Below are positions 26,918 through 37,005 of a stretch of 64,000 bases of DNA, in pieces. The notes under the pieces are model-generated. The model was not told the DNA's origin and did not search any database. It saw nothing but the letters and a program-made list of their open reading frames with translations. Numbering within the stretch: position 1 is the first letter of the stretch; each line of letters opens with the position of its first letter. Source of the stretch: a bacterium (GTDB lineage: Bacteria > 4484-113 > JAFGCY01); the NCBI GenBank assembly GCA_041395205.1, contig JAWLAZ010000003.1, positions 215,063 through 279,062 of the forward strand. The letters are read 5' to 3'. The position numbers and the translations under genes were made by a program.

Positions 26918-27412
26918 TCAGCCGCGGCGGCCGCTGCGCTCCAGCTCACGCTTGACGTCGCGTTCCTTGATGCTCGCGCGCTTGTCATACTGGCGCTTGC
27001 CCCGCGCCAGGCCGATCAGCAGCTTGACGCGGCCGTTGACAAAATAGGCCTTGAGCGGCACGATCGTCAGGCCCTTCTCGATCTTGGAGCGCTGCAGCTT
27101 GCGCAGCTCCTGGCGGTGCAGCAGCAGCTTGCGCGGGCGCACGGCCACATATGTGCGGTGCGTGGAGTTCTTCTCGTAGGGCGGGATGTTGCTCCCCAGC
27201 AGGAACAGCTCACCCTCGCGGAAATCGCAGTAGCTGTCGCGCAGCGTGAAGCCTCCGGTCCGGATGGACTTGGCCTCACTGCCCTCCAGCACGATCCCGG
27301 CCTCGATTTCCTCCACGATCTCGTAGTCGTGATAGGCCTTGCGGTTGCTGATCTGTGGGGTATCCCCGGATTTCTTCACGCCCGGATTATAACTGACCGC
27401 AATCCCCGTCAA
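26918..27412 (-). CDS. smpB: SsrA-binding protein
   Basis: NRKAYHDYEIVEEIEAGIVLEGSEAKSIR and C-terminal GKRQYDKRASIKERD align with SmpB. Confidence 0.85.
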   Translation of the reverse strand: MTGIAVSYNPGVKKSGDTPQISNRKAYHDYEIVEEIEAGIVLEGSEAKSIRTGGFTLRDSYCDFREGELFLLGSNIPPYEKNSTHRTYVAVRPRKLLLHRQELRKLQRSKIEKGLTIVPLKAYFVNGRVKLLIGLARGKRQYDKRASIKERDVKRELERSGRRG

Positions 27413-27493
27413 CGCTGTGTGGAACCTGCGGGCCTGATGTTAAAATACGCGCCAACAAGCCCCCCGGGAATCCTCCCGGCCGGCTTACCGAGG

Positions 27494-28834
27494 AGAGGAA
27501 CAATGGCCGAGACCTGGACACGGGATTCAATCCTGAAGTTCGTGCATGACAACAAGGTGGAGTGCATCTGGCACTGGTTCGTCGATCTCGACGGCCACCT
27601 CAAGGGATTCGCGATCACTCCCTCCGAGCTGGAGCGCAGCCTGGAAGCCGGCATGCACTTCGACGGATCGAGCATCAGCGGATTCAACGCGATCGAGGAG
27701 AGTGATCTCACGGCGCGTCCGGACCTGTCGACCTTTGCCGTACTGCCGGCGGCCGCCGGCCAGCCCAGCAGCGTCCGCTTCTTCTGCGACATCGAGAAGC
27801 CGGATGGAACTCCCTACGACCGTGACCCGCGCAGCATCCTGCGCAACGTTGTCAGGAAAGCCTCCGACATGGGCTTCGACAGCTTCATGGGTCCCGAGCT
27901 CGAATTCTTCCTCTTCAAGTCAAACAAGAGCCCCGAACCGCTGGACTACGGCGGTTACTTCACCGGCCCGCCGGTGGACGGTGGTGTCGCCATCCGTACC
28001 GACATCATCAAGCAGTTGCAGGATCTCGGCATCACCGTTGAATACCAGCACCATGAGGTGGCGGAGAGCCAGCACGAGATTGACCTGCGCTATGACCGCA
28101 CCATGGCCATCGCCGACCACGCCGTGACCTACAAGTACATCGTCAAATCCGTCGCGGCCCAGCACGGCGCCTATGCCACCTTCATGCCGAAGCCGATCTT
28201 CGGCAGCAATGGCAGCGGCATGCACGTCCACCAGTCGCTCTGGAAGGACGGCAAGAATGCCATGGCTGACAGCAGTGATCCGACCTTCCTCAGCAAGACC
28301 GCCAAGCAGTACATCGCCGGCATCCTCAAGTATGCCCAGGAGTGCTGCCTGTTCTACGCTCCGACCGTCAACAGCTACAAGCGCCTCGTGCCCGGCTATG
28401 AGGCCCCGACCTACATCGCCTGGTCCAACCGCAACCGCAGTGCGATGGTGCGTGTCCCGGCCTTCGCCTTCGGCAGTGAGAACAGCGTGCGCTGCGAGCT
28501 GCGCTGCGCCGACACCTCCGCCAACCCATACCTGGCCTTCGCCTGCATGCTGGGCAGCGGCCTGAAGGGCATCGAGGAGGGTCTGGAGCTGGAGCCCGCC
28601 CAGGTTGACAACCTCTACCACATCTCCGAGATGGAGCGTGAGAAGCGCGGCATCAAGAGCCTGCCCGCCAACCTGCATGAGGCCCTGCACCACACCAAGC
28701 GCTCCGAATTCGTGCGTGAGCTGCTCGGCGACAGCCTCGTTGACAACTATCTCGCGGTCAAGTACAAGGAATTCGACAGCTACCGCCTGGCTGTTACACA
28801 GTGGGAGCTGGACCGCTACTTCGGCGTGCTGTAG
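27494..28834 (+). CDS. glnA: glutamine synthetase type I
   Basis: KPIFGSNGSGMHVHQSLW matches the GS ATP-binding signature; 446 aa from the ATG at 27494, preceded by AGGAGAGG; the ORF is open further upstream. Confidence 0.9.
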   Translation, partial: RGTMAETWTRDSILKFVHDNKVECIWHWFVDLDGHLKGFAITPSELERSLEAGMHFDGSSISGFNAIEESDLTARPDLSTFAVLPAAAGQPSSVRFFCDIEKPDGTPYDRDPRSILRNVVRKASDMGFDSFMGPELEFFLFKSNKSPEPLDYGGYFTGPPVDGGVAIRTDIIKQLQDLGITVEYQHHEVAESQHEIDLRYDRTMAIADHAVTYKYIVKSVAAQHGAYATFMPKPIFGSNGSGMHVHQSLWKDGKNAMADSSDPTFLSKTAKQYIAGILKYAQECCLFYAPTVNSYKRLVPGYEAPTYIAWSNRNRSAMVRVPAFAFGSENSVRCELRCADTSANPYLAFACMLGSGLKGIEEGLELEPAQVDNLYHISEMEREKRGIKSLPANLHEALHHTKRSEFVRELLGDSLVDNYLAVKYKEFDSYRLAVTQWELDRYFGVL

Positions 28835-28897
28835 GCTGCCAGAGTTTCATCCCCGCAAGTTGAGAATCCCGGTCCCAGCGGCCGGGATTCCTGCTTT

Positions 28898-29575
28898 CTA
28901 GCGCTCATGCGGCTGCATCAGCAGCCACTGCTGGGCCCGGGCCAGGCCCTCGATGGAATCCAGCGCGGCCGGCAGCAGGGAACCGTCCGTCCCGGCGATC
29001 ACCACCGCCTCGCCTTCCACCAGTACAGCCCCGAAGCTGCTGCGCCCGAAGGTCCGCCCCACCACTTCCCGTAGCCGCGCCGCCTGGGCATCTGCATCCA
29101 GATCCGCGGGCACCAGCGGCACGCTGGCATTGCGGCCCGCGCTGAAGATCTGCAGGCTGACATTGTGCAGCGGCAGCTCGCGCCCGGCCAGGGCAAAGGA
29201 CATCGCACCCCAGCCCATGGTCTGCACGCAGCAGCGCCATTCCGGGCGGACCGCCAGCATCTCGCGCAGCCAGCGGTTCATGCGGTTCGGCCGTCGGCCG
29301 GCCCTTGCCATCGAGGCCTCACCCTCTCCCGGGAAGAGCACAAGGTCCTCTTCCTTCAGCTCCCACTTCATCAGCTCGCCGGCATTCTCCGGGCTGACGA
29401 GGAAGCCGCGCTCATCGCGCAGGGCCACGGCGCCGCCGCTGCGGTCGAGGTAACCGCTGGCATGCAGCGCCGGGATCAGTTGCAGCATCTTCTTCATCTG
29501 GTCAGGCACGGGCAGATTATACGCCGGGACCGCCCTTCCCGCCCGGCCTATAATTGAGCCCTGGGAGAGGAGCAC
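28898..29575 (-). CDS. class II aldolase/adducin family protein (putative)
   Basis: About 225 aa, with GGAVALRDERGFLVSP..DLVLFPGEGEAS resembling the aldolase II N-terminal fold; weak call, start uncertain. Confidence 0.4.
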   Translation of the reverse strand: MLLSQGSIIGRAGRAVPAYNLPVPDQMKKMLQLIPALHASGYLDRSGGAVALRDERGFLVSPENAGELMKWELKEEDLVLFPGEGEASMARAGRRPNRMNRWLREMLAVRPEWRCCVQTMGWGAMSFALAGRELPLHNVSLQIFSAGRNASVPLVPADLDADAQAARLREVVGRTFGRSSFGAVLVEGEAVVIAGTDGSLLPAALDSIEGLARAQQWLLMQPHER

Positions 29576-29577
29576 AC

Positions 29578-30564
29578 ATGAGGATTCTTGTCACCGGCGG
29601 CATGGGCTTCATCGGCAGCAACCTGGTGCTGCGCCTGCTGGAGCGCGAGCCCGCTGCGCAGATCGTCAACCTGGACAAGCTGACCTACGCCGGCAACCCG
29701 CAGAACCTGCGCTCGCTTTCCGCTGAACCGCGCCACCGATTCGTGCAGGGTGACATCGCCGACCGCACCCTGGTGGCCGGACTGTTTGCCAGCGGCGGCT
29801 TTGACTACGTGCTCAATCTCGCTGCCGAGTCGATGGTGGACCGCAGCATCGAGGACAGCGAGGTCTTCGTGCGCAGCAATGTGACCGGCACCCAGGTCCT
29901 GCTCGACCAGCTCCGCGCCCACCCCGGGACGCGCATGGTGCAGGTCAGCACTGATGAGGTCTATGGCAGTCTCGGGCCGGACGGCGAGTTCAGTGAGGAT
30001 TCCCCGCTTGCTCCCAACAATCCCTACAGTGCCACCAAGACCGCGGCCGACCTGCTCTGCCGCGCCTATCACAACACCTACGGCGTGCAGGTCTGTGTCA
30101 CGCGCTGCAGCAACAACTATGGCCCGCGCCAGTTCCCCGAGAAGCTGATCCCGAAGTTCATCGCCTGGGCCCTGGAGGACCGCCGCCTGCCGGTCTTCGG
30201 CGACGGACTGCACGTGCGCGACTGGCTGTATGTGGATGACCACTGTGACGCCATCAGCGCCGTCATGACAAAAGGCCAGCCGGGCCGCGTCTATAACATC
30301 GGAGGCGGCACTGAGTTGCCGAACCTGACGCTCGTGAAGCTGCTGCTGGAGCGCCTCGGCAAGCCCGAGAGCCTGATCGAGTTCGTGCCGGACCGTCCGG
30401 GACATGACCGGCGCTATGCCGTCAACCATGAACGGATCGCGCTTGAGCTCGGCTGGAATCCGCAGGTGCGCTTCGAGGACGGCATCCGCAGGACGATCGA
30501 CTGGTACCTGGACAACCAGGCCTGGCTGGCGGCGATTGCCGATGGCAGCTACCAGTCCGTCTGA
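29578..30564 (+). CDS. rfbB: dTDP-glucose 4,6-dehydratase
   Basis: MRILVTGGMGFIGSNLV Rossmann N-terminus, YSATK catalytic motif, NNYGPRQFPEKLIP; TATAAT and GGGAGAGGAG lie upstream. Confidence 0.85.
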   Translation: MRILVTGGMGFIGSNLVLRLLEREPAAQIVNLDKLTYAGNPQNLRSLSAEPRHRFVQGDIADRTLVAGLFASGGFDYVLNLAAESMVDRSIEDSEVFVRSNVTGTQVLLDQLRAHPGTRMVQVSTDEVYGSLGPDGEFSEDSPLAPNNPYSATKTAADLLCRAYHNTYGVQVCVTRCSNNYGPRQFPEKLIPKFIAWALEDRRLPVFGDGLHVRDWLYVDDHCDAISAVMTKGQPGRVYNIGGGTELPNLTLVKLLLERLGKPESLIEFVPDRPGHDRRYAVNHERIALELGWNPQVRFEDGIRRTIDWYLDNQAWLAAIADGSYQSV

Positions 30565-30639
30565 GCTGCAGGCCCTCCGGTTTGCTGTTAATATAGCTCG
30601 CCCTGCCGGGGGAAGGCAGGCCGGTATTACAGGAAGTAC

Positions 30640-33081
30640 TTGAACATGCATCATCCAATCCGCTCGCTGTCCTTGCTTTCCGCCATCGCAATGCTGCTGG
30701 TGCTCTGTGGCTGCCCGCCTGCCTCTGACGGTGATGGCAAGGGCACACAGACCGGAGGAAGCGGCGGCACCGGCACCGTTCCCAACGCGGGAGCCGGTGC
30801 TGATGGCCAGCCGGACATGTCCGCCCTCTACAATGGCGATAACCTGAACTATGAGCGTGTGAACGTTGGCCTCAAGGGTCAGGCTCTCGACATCATCGTT
30901 CCGGATGCACCGCTGACCGGCGCGAAATCCGCCAGCACATTCTTCTTCGGGGATTCCCAGGAACCGACCGGGATCTACATGCGCGACCTGCTGAAGGGCA
31001 CGCGCAGCCAGCTGACAAGCGTGAAGATGATGGACAAGGGCAGCCTCAACTGCAGCAACGACGGCAGTTTCCTGGCGTATGCGCGACTGCGGGAAATCGG
31101 CAACGTGATTGACAATCCGGAGTTCAACTATCCGCCGAACGTGGCGGAGCTCTACCGCCTGGAAACGGCAAGCGGCGAGGAAACCAAGCTCTTCGACTTC
31201 GGTGGGGACTTCGCCAGCTACCGCAATGACTCGCTCTTCCCCTTCATCAGTGAGGACGGCGAACGCATCGTCTGCCTGTCATATGACATCAACCGCCTGC
31301 TGCTGCAGACCCAGTGCATAGAGTGGCAGAAGCTCTACGACCAGGTCATCGAGCGGCGCGGCACCGTCACTGAAGAGGAGCGTGCCGAGGACGACGAGAA
31401 CATGCGGATCTTCCTGCGCATGGATCACGTTGCACCGGAACTGCGCAAGGTGGGCTTTGAGGCCACTGCAGAAGTGGCGATTGACGATGTGGCCCTGCGC
31501 GCAGTGCAGGATGTCTTCGAGAACAACAAGTATCCGATCATGGCCCTGCTGATCTGGGAGAATGGCCAGGCCCGCTCCCAGGTCCTGACTCCGGTTCCCG
31601 GCCAGGAACGCTCCCTGCACTTCATCCTTGCCGTCAGTGGCGACCGGATCCTGATGGGAGCCAATGAGCCGGGAGCTGACCCCACCGAAGCACAGCAGAT
31701 CTACAGCGTGGATCTCTCCACTGGCCAGCTCTCGGTATTCGGCAGCTACCAGGGTGCGCCGAGCCTGATCGAGTTCGATGGCAGCGGCCGGAACCTCGTG
31801 GTCGCCTACAACCCCTTCGACCGCCAGAACAAGCGCATCGACACCGAGACACACGTACGCATCATGCCAGTCGATGGTTCAGACCCGGTGGATCACAACC
31901 TTGGCGCTGACTACTTCGGCTACCTCGATCTCAGCAGCGATGCCAGCATGCTGGTCGGCCAGAACCGCGATGACCTGTGGCTTTACCGTGTGGATGTCGC
32001 CAGCGGCCAGGCCACCAAGCTCAGCGAGCACTTCATTGACCTCGACGGGCTGTATCTCGATGGCCCGGGCCAGCATGCCGTATACATCGAAAACGGCATT
32101 TCCTTCGTAACTCCCGTGCTCGCGGATCCGCAGTCCAGTCCGGACTGGGTGGCCGAGTCCTATTTCAGCAATTACCGTGAAAAGGTGCTGGACTTCCTGG
32201 AAACTGCCGGCTTCGAGATCCGCGATGACATCGTCCTGCGCTTTGAGGAACGCACAGGCATGGGTGTGAGTGAAACCAGTATTGAGCTGTCCTATGAGCG
32301 CAATCCGCAGGATACCGTACTGTTCCGCTATGACAACAATGAAGGCTCCTTCCGGTCCATGTGGGCACCGAATCCAGGCACCCTGAAGCTGCGCGAGGAT
32401 CTGCGCAGAAGTGACATGGACTACTACGAATGCGAGGAACAGGTGCAGGCCCTGCTTGACCGCCTTGGCTGGCAGAACCCGGACACCCGTGAGTCCTGGT
32501 ACCCGGGAGCAGCGCCGCTTTACGACGGCAAGAGCGACAGCTACATCGTCACGGTCCGGGACGGTTACTGGTACGATCCTGCGGAGCAGAAGCACTGGGT
32601 CTACAACAGTGAGGCGACCGTCCGCCTGGTTGCCGGCAGTGGTGATATCGCGGAGATTAATTACCAGGCCTTTGAGCAGCTCCACGACCAGCCGATCCGG
32701 GAGGACATCGCGGATGCGGAATTCAACATGCGCAATTACCGTAACGAACCGCTGCCAGAAGGTGCGGTGGAATTCGACTTCGAGAACACACGCCTTTTGA
32801 TCACGGAGAAGAAACCGGATGTCCTTTCCCCCGGTGACTACCAGAGCCAGGTTGAGGATCGGATCGTGTATGAGATCAATGCCTATCTGGATGGTGAACT
32901 GGTGCTGGGCAGCCTTGTTGATGCAGAGACCTTCGAAATGCTGGGACGCCTGTACTATGCACCGCTGGGCATGAACAACCCGAACCAGCCCCTCCCCAAC
33001 AGAGTCGGCGGCGCGGCGAGCGATCCCGGGGCAAGCCCGGATGCGGGCATGGCTCCGGATGCCGGGGGTGTGGGTCCCTGA
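30640..33081 (+). CDS. large hypothetical lipoprotein (813 aa), possibly beta-propeller-like
   Basis: Lipobox LVLCGC, G/T-rich linker, no recognisable catalytic motifs; coding-like codon usage throughout. Confidence 0.5.
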   Translation: MNMHHPIRSLSLLSAIAMLLVLCGCPPASDGDGKGTQTGGSGGTGTVPNAGAGADGQPDMSALYNGDNLNYERVNVGLKGQALDIIVPDAPLTGAKSASTFFFGDSQEPTGIYMRDLLKGTRSQLTSVKMMDKGSLNCSNDGSFLAYARLREIGNVIDNPEFNYPPNVAELYRLETASGEETKLFDFGGDFASYRNDSLFPFISEDGERIVCLSYDINRLLLQTQCIEWQKLYDQVIERRGTVTEEERAEDDENMRIFLRMDHVAPELRKVGFEATAEVAIDDVALRAVQDVFENNKYPIMALLIWENGQARSQVLTPVPGQERSLHFILAVSGDRILMGANEPGADPTEAQQIYSVDLSTGQLSVFGSYQGAPSLIEFDGSGRNLVVAYNPFDRQNKRIDTETHVRIMPVDGSDPVDHNLGADYFGYLDLSSDASMLVGQNRDDLWLYRVDVASGQATKLSEHFIDLDGLYLDGPGQHAVYIENGISFVTPVLADPQSSPDWVAESYFSNYREKVLDFLETAGFEIRDDIVLRFEERTGMGVSETSIELSYERNPQDTVLFRYDNNEGSFRSMWAPNPGTLKLREDLRRSDMDYYECEEQVQALLDRLGWQNPDTRESWYPGAAPLYDGKSDSYIVTVRDGYWYDPAEQKHWVYNSEATVRLVAGSGDIAEINYQAFEQLHDQPIREDIADAEFNMRNYRNEPLPEGAVEFDFENTRLLITEKKPDVLSPGDYQSQVEDRIVYEINAYLDGELVLGSLVDAETFEMLGRLYYAPLGMNNPNQPLPNRVGGAASDPGASPDAGMAPDAGGVGP

Positions 33082-34010
33082 TGCTGAAGGTACTGGTAAC
33101 AAATGACGACGGAGTCTGGGCCCCGGGCATCATTGCCATCGCCTCGCGCCTGGCACAGCATGCCGAGGTCGTGGTGGTTGCCCCGGAGAAACCGAATTCC
33201 GCCCGCAGCCACTGCATCACCCTGCACAAGCCGCTGCGCCTGAATCGCATGCCCCCCTATGGCCTGGCCCCCGGTGCCGGCAGCCTTGATGTCTATGCCT
33301 GCAGCGGCACACCCGTTGACTGCATCGTGCTCGGTGTCGACCACGTCTGCGCTGATGAGAAGCCGGATCTGGTGATCAGCGGCATCAACGACGGCTACAA
33401 CGTGGCGGAGGACCTGATCTACAGCGGCACGGTCGGCGGCGCAGTGGAAGGTGCGATCAACCGCATTCCGGCCTTCTCCATCAGCCAGGGCAGCTTCCCC
33501 GGCGTGGACTTCGAGGCCAGTGCTGCACTGGTGGACCTTGCCATTTCCGCGATCGTGTACGGCAGCAGCTACAGCTGGCACGGCACGCAGCGCGATGAGC
33601 TGCAGGAGCGCTCCGGCGAGACCCTGCCAGGCATGCTGGATTTCGCGGCACTCGACCACGATGGCAACGCGGATTGCTACCCGCAGCCGGGCGAGTGGTG
33701 GCCGGAGGGACTTGGCAACCGTCCTTGCATCAATCTCAACCTGCCCCGCATACCGGCGGAGTCCATCCGTGGGCTGTGCTGGGCAGTCGCCGGGCAGCGT
33801 GACTACATGGATGTCGTGCAGCGCCGTGAGGACCCCTTCGGACGCGAGTACTTCTGGATCGCTGGAGAACGCGTGCTGATGGAGGAGCAGCCCGGGACGG
33901 ACACCTGGGCCCTGTCGCGCGGACTGATGTCCGCCACGCCGATGCTCTATGACCAGACCGCGCATGCCGATCTGGAGCTGCTGCGCAGCCTGCGCGCGAA
34001 CCACGGCTGA
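33081..34010 (+). CDS. surE: 5'/3'-nucleotidase SurE
   Basis: MLKVLVTNDDGVWAPGI N-terminus with the DDG metal site, GINDGYN, YSGTVGGAVEG. Confidence 0.85.
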   Translation: MLKVLVTNDDGVWAPGIIAIASRLAQHAEVVVVAPEKPNSARSHCITLHKPLRLNRMPPYGLAPGAGSLDVYACSGTPVDCIVLGVDHVCADEKPDLVISGINDGYNVAEDLIYSGTVGGAVEGAINRIPAFSISQGSFPGVDFEASAALVDLAISAIVYGSSYSWHGTQRDELQERSGETLPGMLDFAALDHDGNADCYPQPGEWWPEGLGNRPCINLNLPRIPAESIRGLCWAVAGQRDYMDVVQRREDPFGREYFWIAGERVLMEEQPGTDTWALSRGLMSATPMLYDQTAHADLELLRSLRANHG

Positions 34011-34033
34011 GAACACGAGTCATAATTAGCGCT

Positions 34034-35026
34034 ATGGATGACTCAACCAGGATCCTCGAAAGCGGTACGCAGGACTATCCGCTCGATGCGGGCATCGCCT
34101 CCGGCACGGAAAGCTGCCCGCACTGTTCCACAAGCATTGGCAGCGGTCTGATGTTCTGCCCGAGCTGCGGTTATCAGCGCGGTACCTGGGCAGCAGCGGC
34201 GTCCGCCCCGTCCGGCACAGCCACAGCGGGTTCGCTGGCCAGCGAGCGCGGCCCGGCACTGTTTGAGCTGGTCGAGGAGTCCGGCAGCAGTCATGCCCTG
34301 CCTGAAGGTGTCAGTGTGCTCGGGCGCGGCGAGGTGGAAATCAGCATCGCGGACGGCTACCTGAGCCGCCGCCATGCCAGCTTCACGGCTGCTCCCGGCA
34401 GGCTGTCCGTCAGCGATCTGGGCAGTGCCAACGGCAGCTTCATCGGCGACCTGCGCCTCGAGCGTGACGTGGAGCATGAACTGCAGGATGGCCAGAGCCT
34501 GCGGCTTGGCAACACCAGCTTCACTGTGCGCAGCCTGGATTTCGAACCCGCAGCGCAAGCATCTGAAACCCTGATCAATCCCGTACAGGCTGACTATTCC
34601 GATGTTGACAGCAGTACAGCTGAAGCCGATACATCCCTGGATGTTGACACCTCTGATGCCGTCCAGGCCGGCCGCGAACTGAGCGGCTGGTGCATTGCCA
34701 ATGACCAGAGCGGCAACCTCGCCATTCCGCTCGGCGAAACCACGCTCGGGCGCAGCGCCTCCCGTGCCGACCTGCAGATCAGCGGAGACGGCTATGTCAG
34801 CGGCCTGCACGGCCTGCTGGCAGCCAGCTCAGAGGGTCTGACTTACTCCGATCTGGGCAGCACCAACGGTTCGAAGGTCAATGGCGAGCCGGTCGCTGCC
34901 AACGACGAGGTCAGCCTGATGAATGGCGACCGCCTGCAGCTCGGTCAGACGGAATTCCTCGTGAGCTACTCCGGCCCGGAGGGCGGGATCGAGGGCAACC
35001 CGGACGAACCCGGCGTGATGGCCTGA
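34034..35026 (+). CDS. zinc-ribbon protein with two FHA domains
   Basis: CPHCS..CPSCGY zinc ribbon at the N-terminus; two FHA signatures (LGRG..LSRRHASF..SDLGSANGSF and LGRS...VSGLHGLL..SDLGSTNGSKVNG). Confidence 0.7.
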   Translation: MDDSTRILESGTQDYPLDAGIASGTESCPHCSTSIGSGLMFCPSCGYQRGTWAAAASAPSGTATAGSLASERGPALFELVEESGSSHALPEGVSVLGRGEVEISIADGYLSRRHASFTAAPGRLSVSDLGSANGSFIGDLRLERDVEHELQDGQSLRLGNTSFTVRSLDFEPAAQASETLINPVQADYSDVDSSTAEADTSLDVDTSDAVQAGRELSGWCIANDQSGNLAIPLGETTLGRSASRADLQISGDGYVSGLHGLLAASSEGLTYSDLGSTNGSKVNGEPVAANDEVSLMNGDRLQLGQTEFLVSYSGPEGGIEGNPDEPGVMA

Positions 35027-35085
35027 GCCAGCCGTCCAGACCCACCTCTACAGAAGACGCTTGATCTACAAAAGCGTGCGGCCTG

Positions 35086-36039
35086 TTACTGGCGCGCGGC
35101 CCTGATCTGCTTCGCCAGCTCCGGCAGGACCTCGAACATGTCGCCGACGATCCCGTAGTCCGCCACCTTGAAGATGGGCGCGCTCTCCGTGTTGTTGATC
35201 GCCACGATCACCTTGCTGGTCTGCATGCCCGCCAGGTGCTGGATCGCACCGCTGATCCCGGCGGCGATGTAGAGCTGCGGATTGACGACCTTGCCGGTCT
35301 GGCCGACCTGGTAGCTGTGGTCAATCCAGCCCGCATCGACGATCGCCCGGGAGGCACCCATCGCGGCCCCGACCTCATTCGCGAAATCGCGGATCACGCT
35401 GTAGCCCTCGGCATTGCCGATGCCGCGCCCACCGCTGACAATGATGTCAGCATCCTTCAGGTCGATGTAGCCCGCTTCCTTCGGCTCCAGCGAGGTGCAG
35501 CGTGCCTTGCACTCCGTCCCGCTGCCGAGCTGTTCCACGCTGGCACTGCCACCTGCTGCGGCTACTGCATCGAAGTTACGTGGCCGCAGGCTCAGGACCT
35601 TCAGCCCGGAGGTGTTGAACTTCACGTGGCTGATCACCTTGCCGGCGTAGAGCGGCTTCCTGGCAACGATCTCAGAGCCGCTGCCCTCGAGGCCGATCAC
35701 GTCATTGATCCAGGCAGCGTCCAGCCTGGCAGCCAGCCGCGCTCCGAGGTCCCGCCCGAAGGCGGTCTGCATCAGGATCACGAACTCGTAGCCCCCGCTG
35801 GCGACCGTCTCACTCACGGCTGCGGCGAAGCCGTCAGCGGAATGCTCGCAGCCACAGTCCACGGCCAGCACCCGGCCCGGCCCGTAGGCGCCGAGCTGCT
35901 GGGCGGCATCAGCCGCACCCGGTCCGAACACCGCGGCGTCGAAATCTCCGCCGATCTGAGCGGCCGCGCTGGCAAGCTCTCCGGCGGAGCTCCGCAGCTG
36001 GCCTCTGAACTGTTCCGCAATAATCAGGATCCTTCCCAT
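35086..36039 (-). CDS. etfA: electron transfer flavoprotein alpha subunit
   Basis: MGRILIIAEQ N-terminus; C-terminal FAD-binding SGAIQHLAGMQTSKVIVAINNTESAPIFKVADYGIVGD. Confidence 0.85.
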   Translation of the reverse strand: MGRILIIAEQFRGQLRSSAGELASAAAQIGGDFDAAVFGPGAADAAQQLGAYGPGRVLAVDCGCEHSADGFAAAVSETVASGGYEFVILMQTAFGRDLGARLAARLDAAWINDVIGLEGSGSEIVARKPLYAGKVISHVKFNTSGLKVLSLRPRNFDAVAAAGGSASVEQLGSGTECKARCTSLEPKEAGYIDLKDADIIVSGGRGIGNAEGYSVIRDFANEVGAAMGASRAIVDAGWIDHSYQVGQTGKVVNPQLYIAAGISGAIQHLAGMQTSKVIVAINNTESAPIFKVADYGIVGDMFEVLPELAKQIRAARQ

Positions 36040-36051
36040 TTCCCTTCCCTC

Positions 36052-36834
36052 CTAGATCACCTTGGCTTCGTTGCGCAGGGCGTCAACAAGTGCGGCCACC
36101 TTGGCCTGTACGCTGTCACCTTCAATGATGCGGCCCGGCTGCTTCTGCGGCGGCAGTTCGCCACCAACGAAGCTGATCTTCGCCGCACCGGCACCGACCA
36201 CGCTGGCATCCAGCCCGAGATCGGCGATGCTCTTCTCGGCAACCGGCTTCTTCTTGGCGGCCATGATGCCCTTCAGCGAGGCATAGCGCGGCTCATTGAT
36301 GCCCTTGTCCGTCGTGAACACCGCGGGCAGGCTGCCTTCAAATGTCATGCGGCCGTTGTCACCGTCAGCAGTGGCCCTGAAGGAGCTGCCGCTGATCTCG
36401 AGCGCCGTGATCAGGCCGACATGGCCCCAGCCCAGAAGCTCGGCCAACGCGATGCCCGTCATGCCCCAGTCGCAGTCCACGCCCTGGCGGCCCGCCAGCA
36501 CCATGTCCGCGCCCAGCGGCTCGATTGCCGCCCTGAGCAGCTTCGCGAGCTGGATCGGGTCACTGCCGCTCAGCGCCGGGTCCTTGATCAGCACCGCATC
36601 CTCGGCACCGAGCGCCAGCACATTCGTCAGGTTCTTCCTGCTGTTGTCATCGCCGATCATCACGGCGGTCACGGAGCCACCGAGCTTCTCGGCCTGCTTG
36701 ATCGCTTCCTCAACCGCATATTCGTCATAGGGGTTGATGATCATCTTCACGCCGCTCAAATCCGGCTGGCCGTCCTTGAGCGTGATTCTCGCCTCGGTAT
36801 CCGGCACTTCCTTCACGATTACGACTATCTTCAT
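36052..36834 (-). CDS. etfB: electron transfer flavoprotein beta subunit
   Basis: MKIVVIVKEVPDTEARI N-terminus, typical of EtfB; start taken at the internal Met of the longer ORF. Confidence 0.85.
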   Translation of the reverse strand: MKIVVIVKEVPDTEARITLKDGQPDLSGVKMIINPYDEYAVEEAIKQAEKLGGSVTAVMIGDDNSRKNLTNVLALGAEDAVLIKDPALSGSDPIQLAKLLRAAIEPLGADMVLAGRQGVDCDWGMTGIALAELLGWGHVGLITALEISGSSFRATADGDNGRMTFEGSLPAVFTTDKGINEPRYASLKGIMAAKKKPVAEKSIADLGLDASVVGAGAAKISFVGGELPPQKQPGRIIEGDSVQAKVAALVDALRNEAKVI

Positions 36835-37005
36835 TGTCTGCACCTCGGATGGCTTCCCGGCAAACGTGGCCGGGGCCTGCCTGTGTTCGGGTCCGGTCCG
36901 CACCGGCTGTGCGGGATTCGGATTTTAGCATGTGAACCGAGTCTGAATTCACGAATCAGCACTGGCGGCAGGCGGGCTCAGGCAGCGGCGCTGTGCTTAA
37001 ATAGT

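Noticed and set aside
27413-27493. Possible sigma-54 promoter or glutamine riboswitch upstream of glnA
   Set aside because: There is no convincing TGGCAC-N5-TTGCA match and no recognisable glnA RNA motif. Only a generic -10-like element (GGATTATAACTG) is present.
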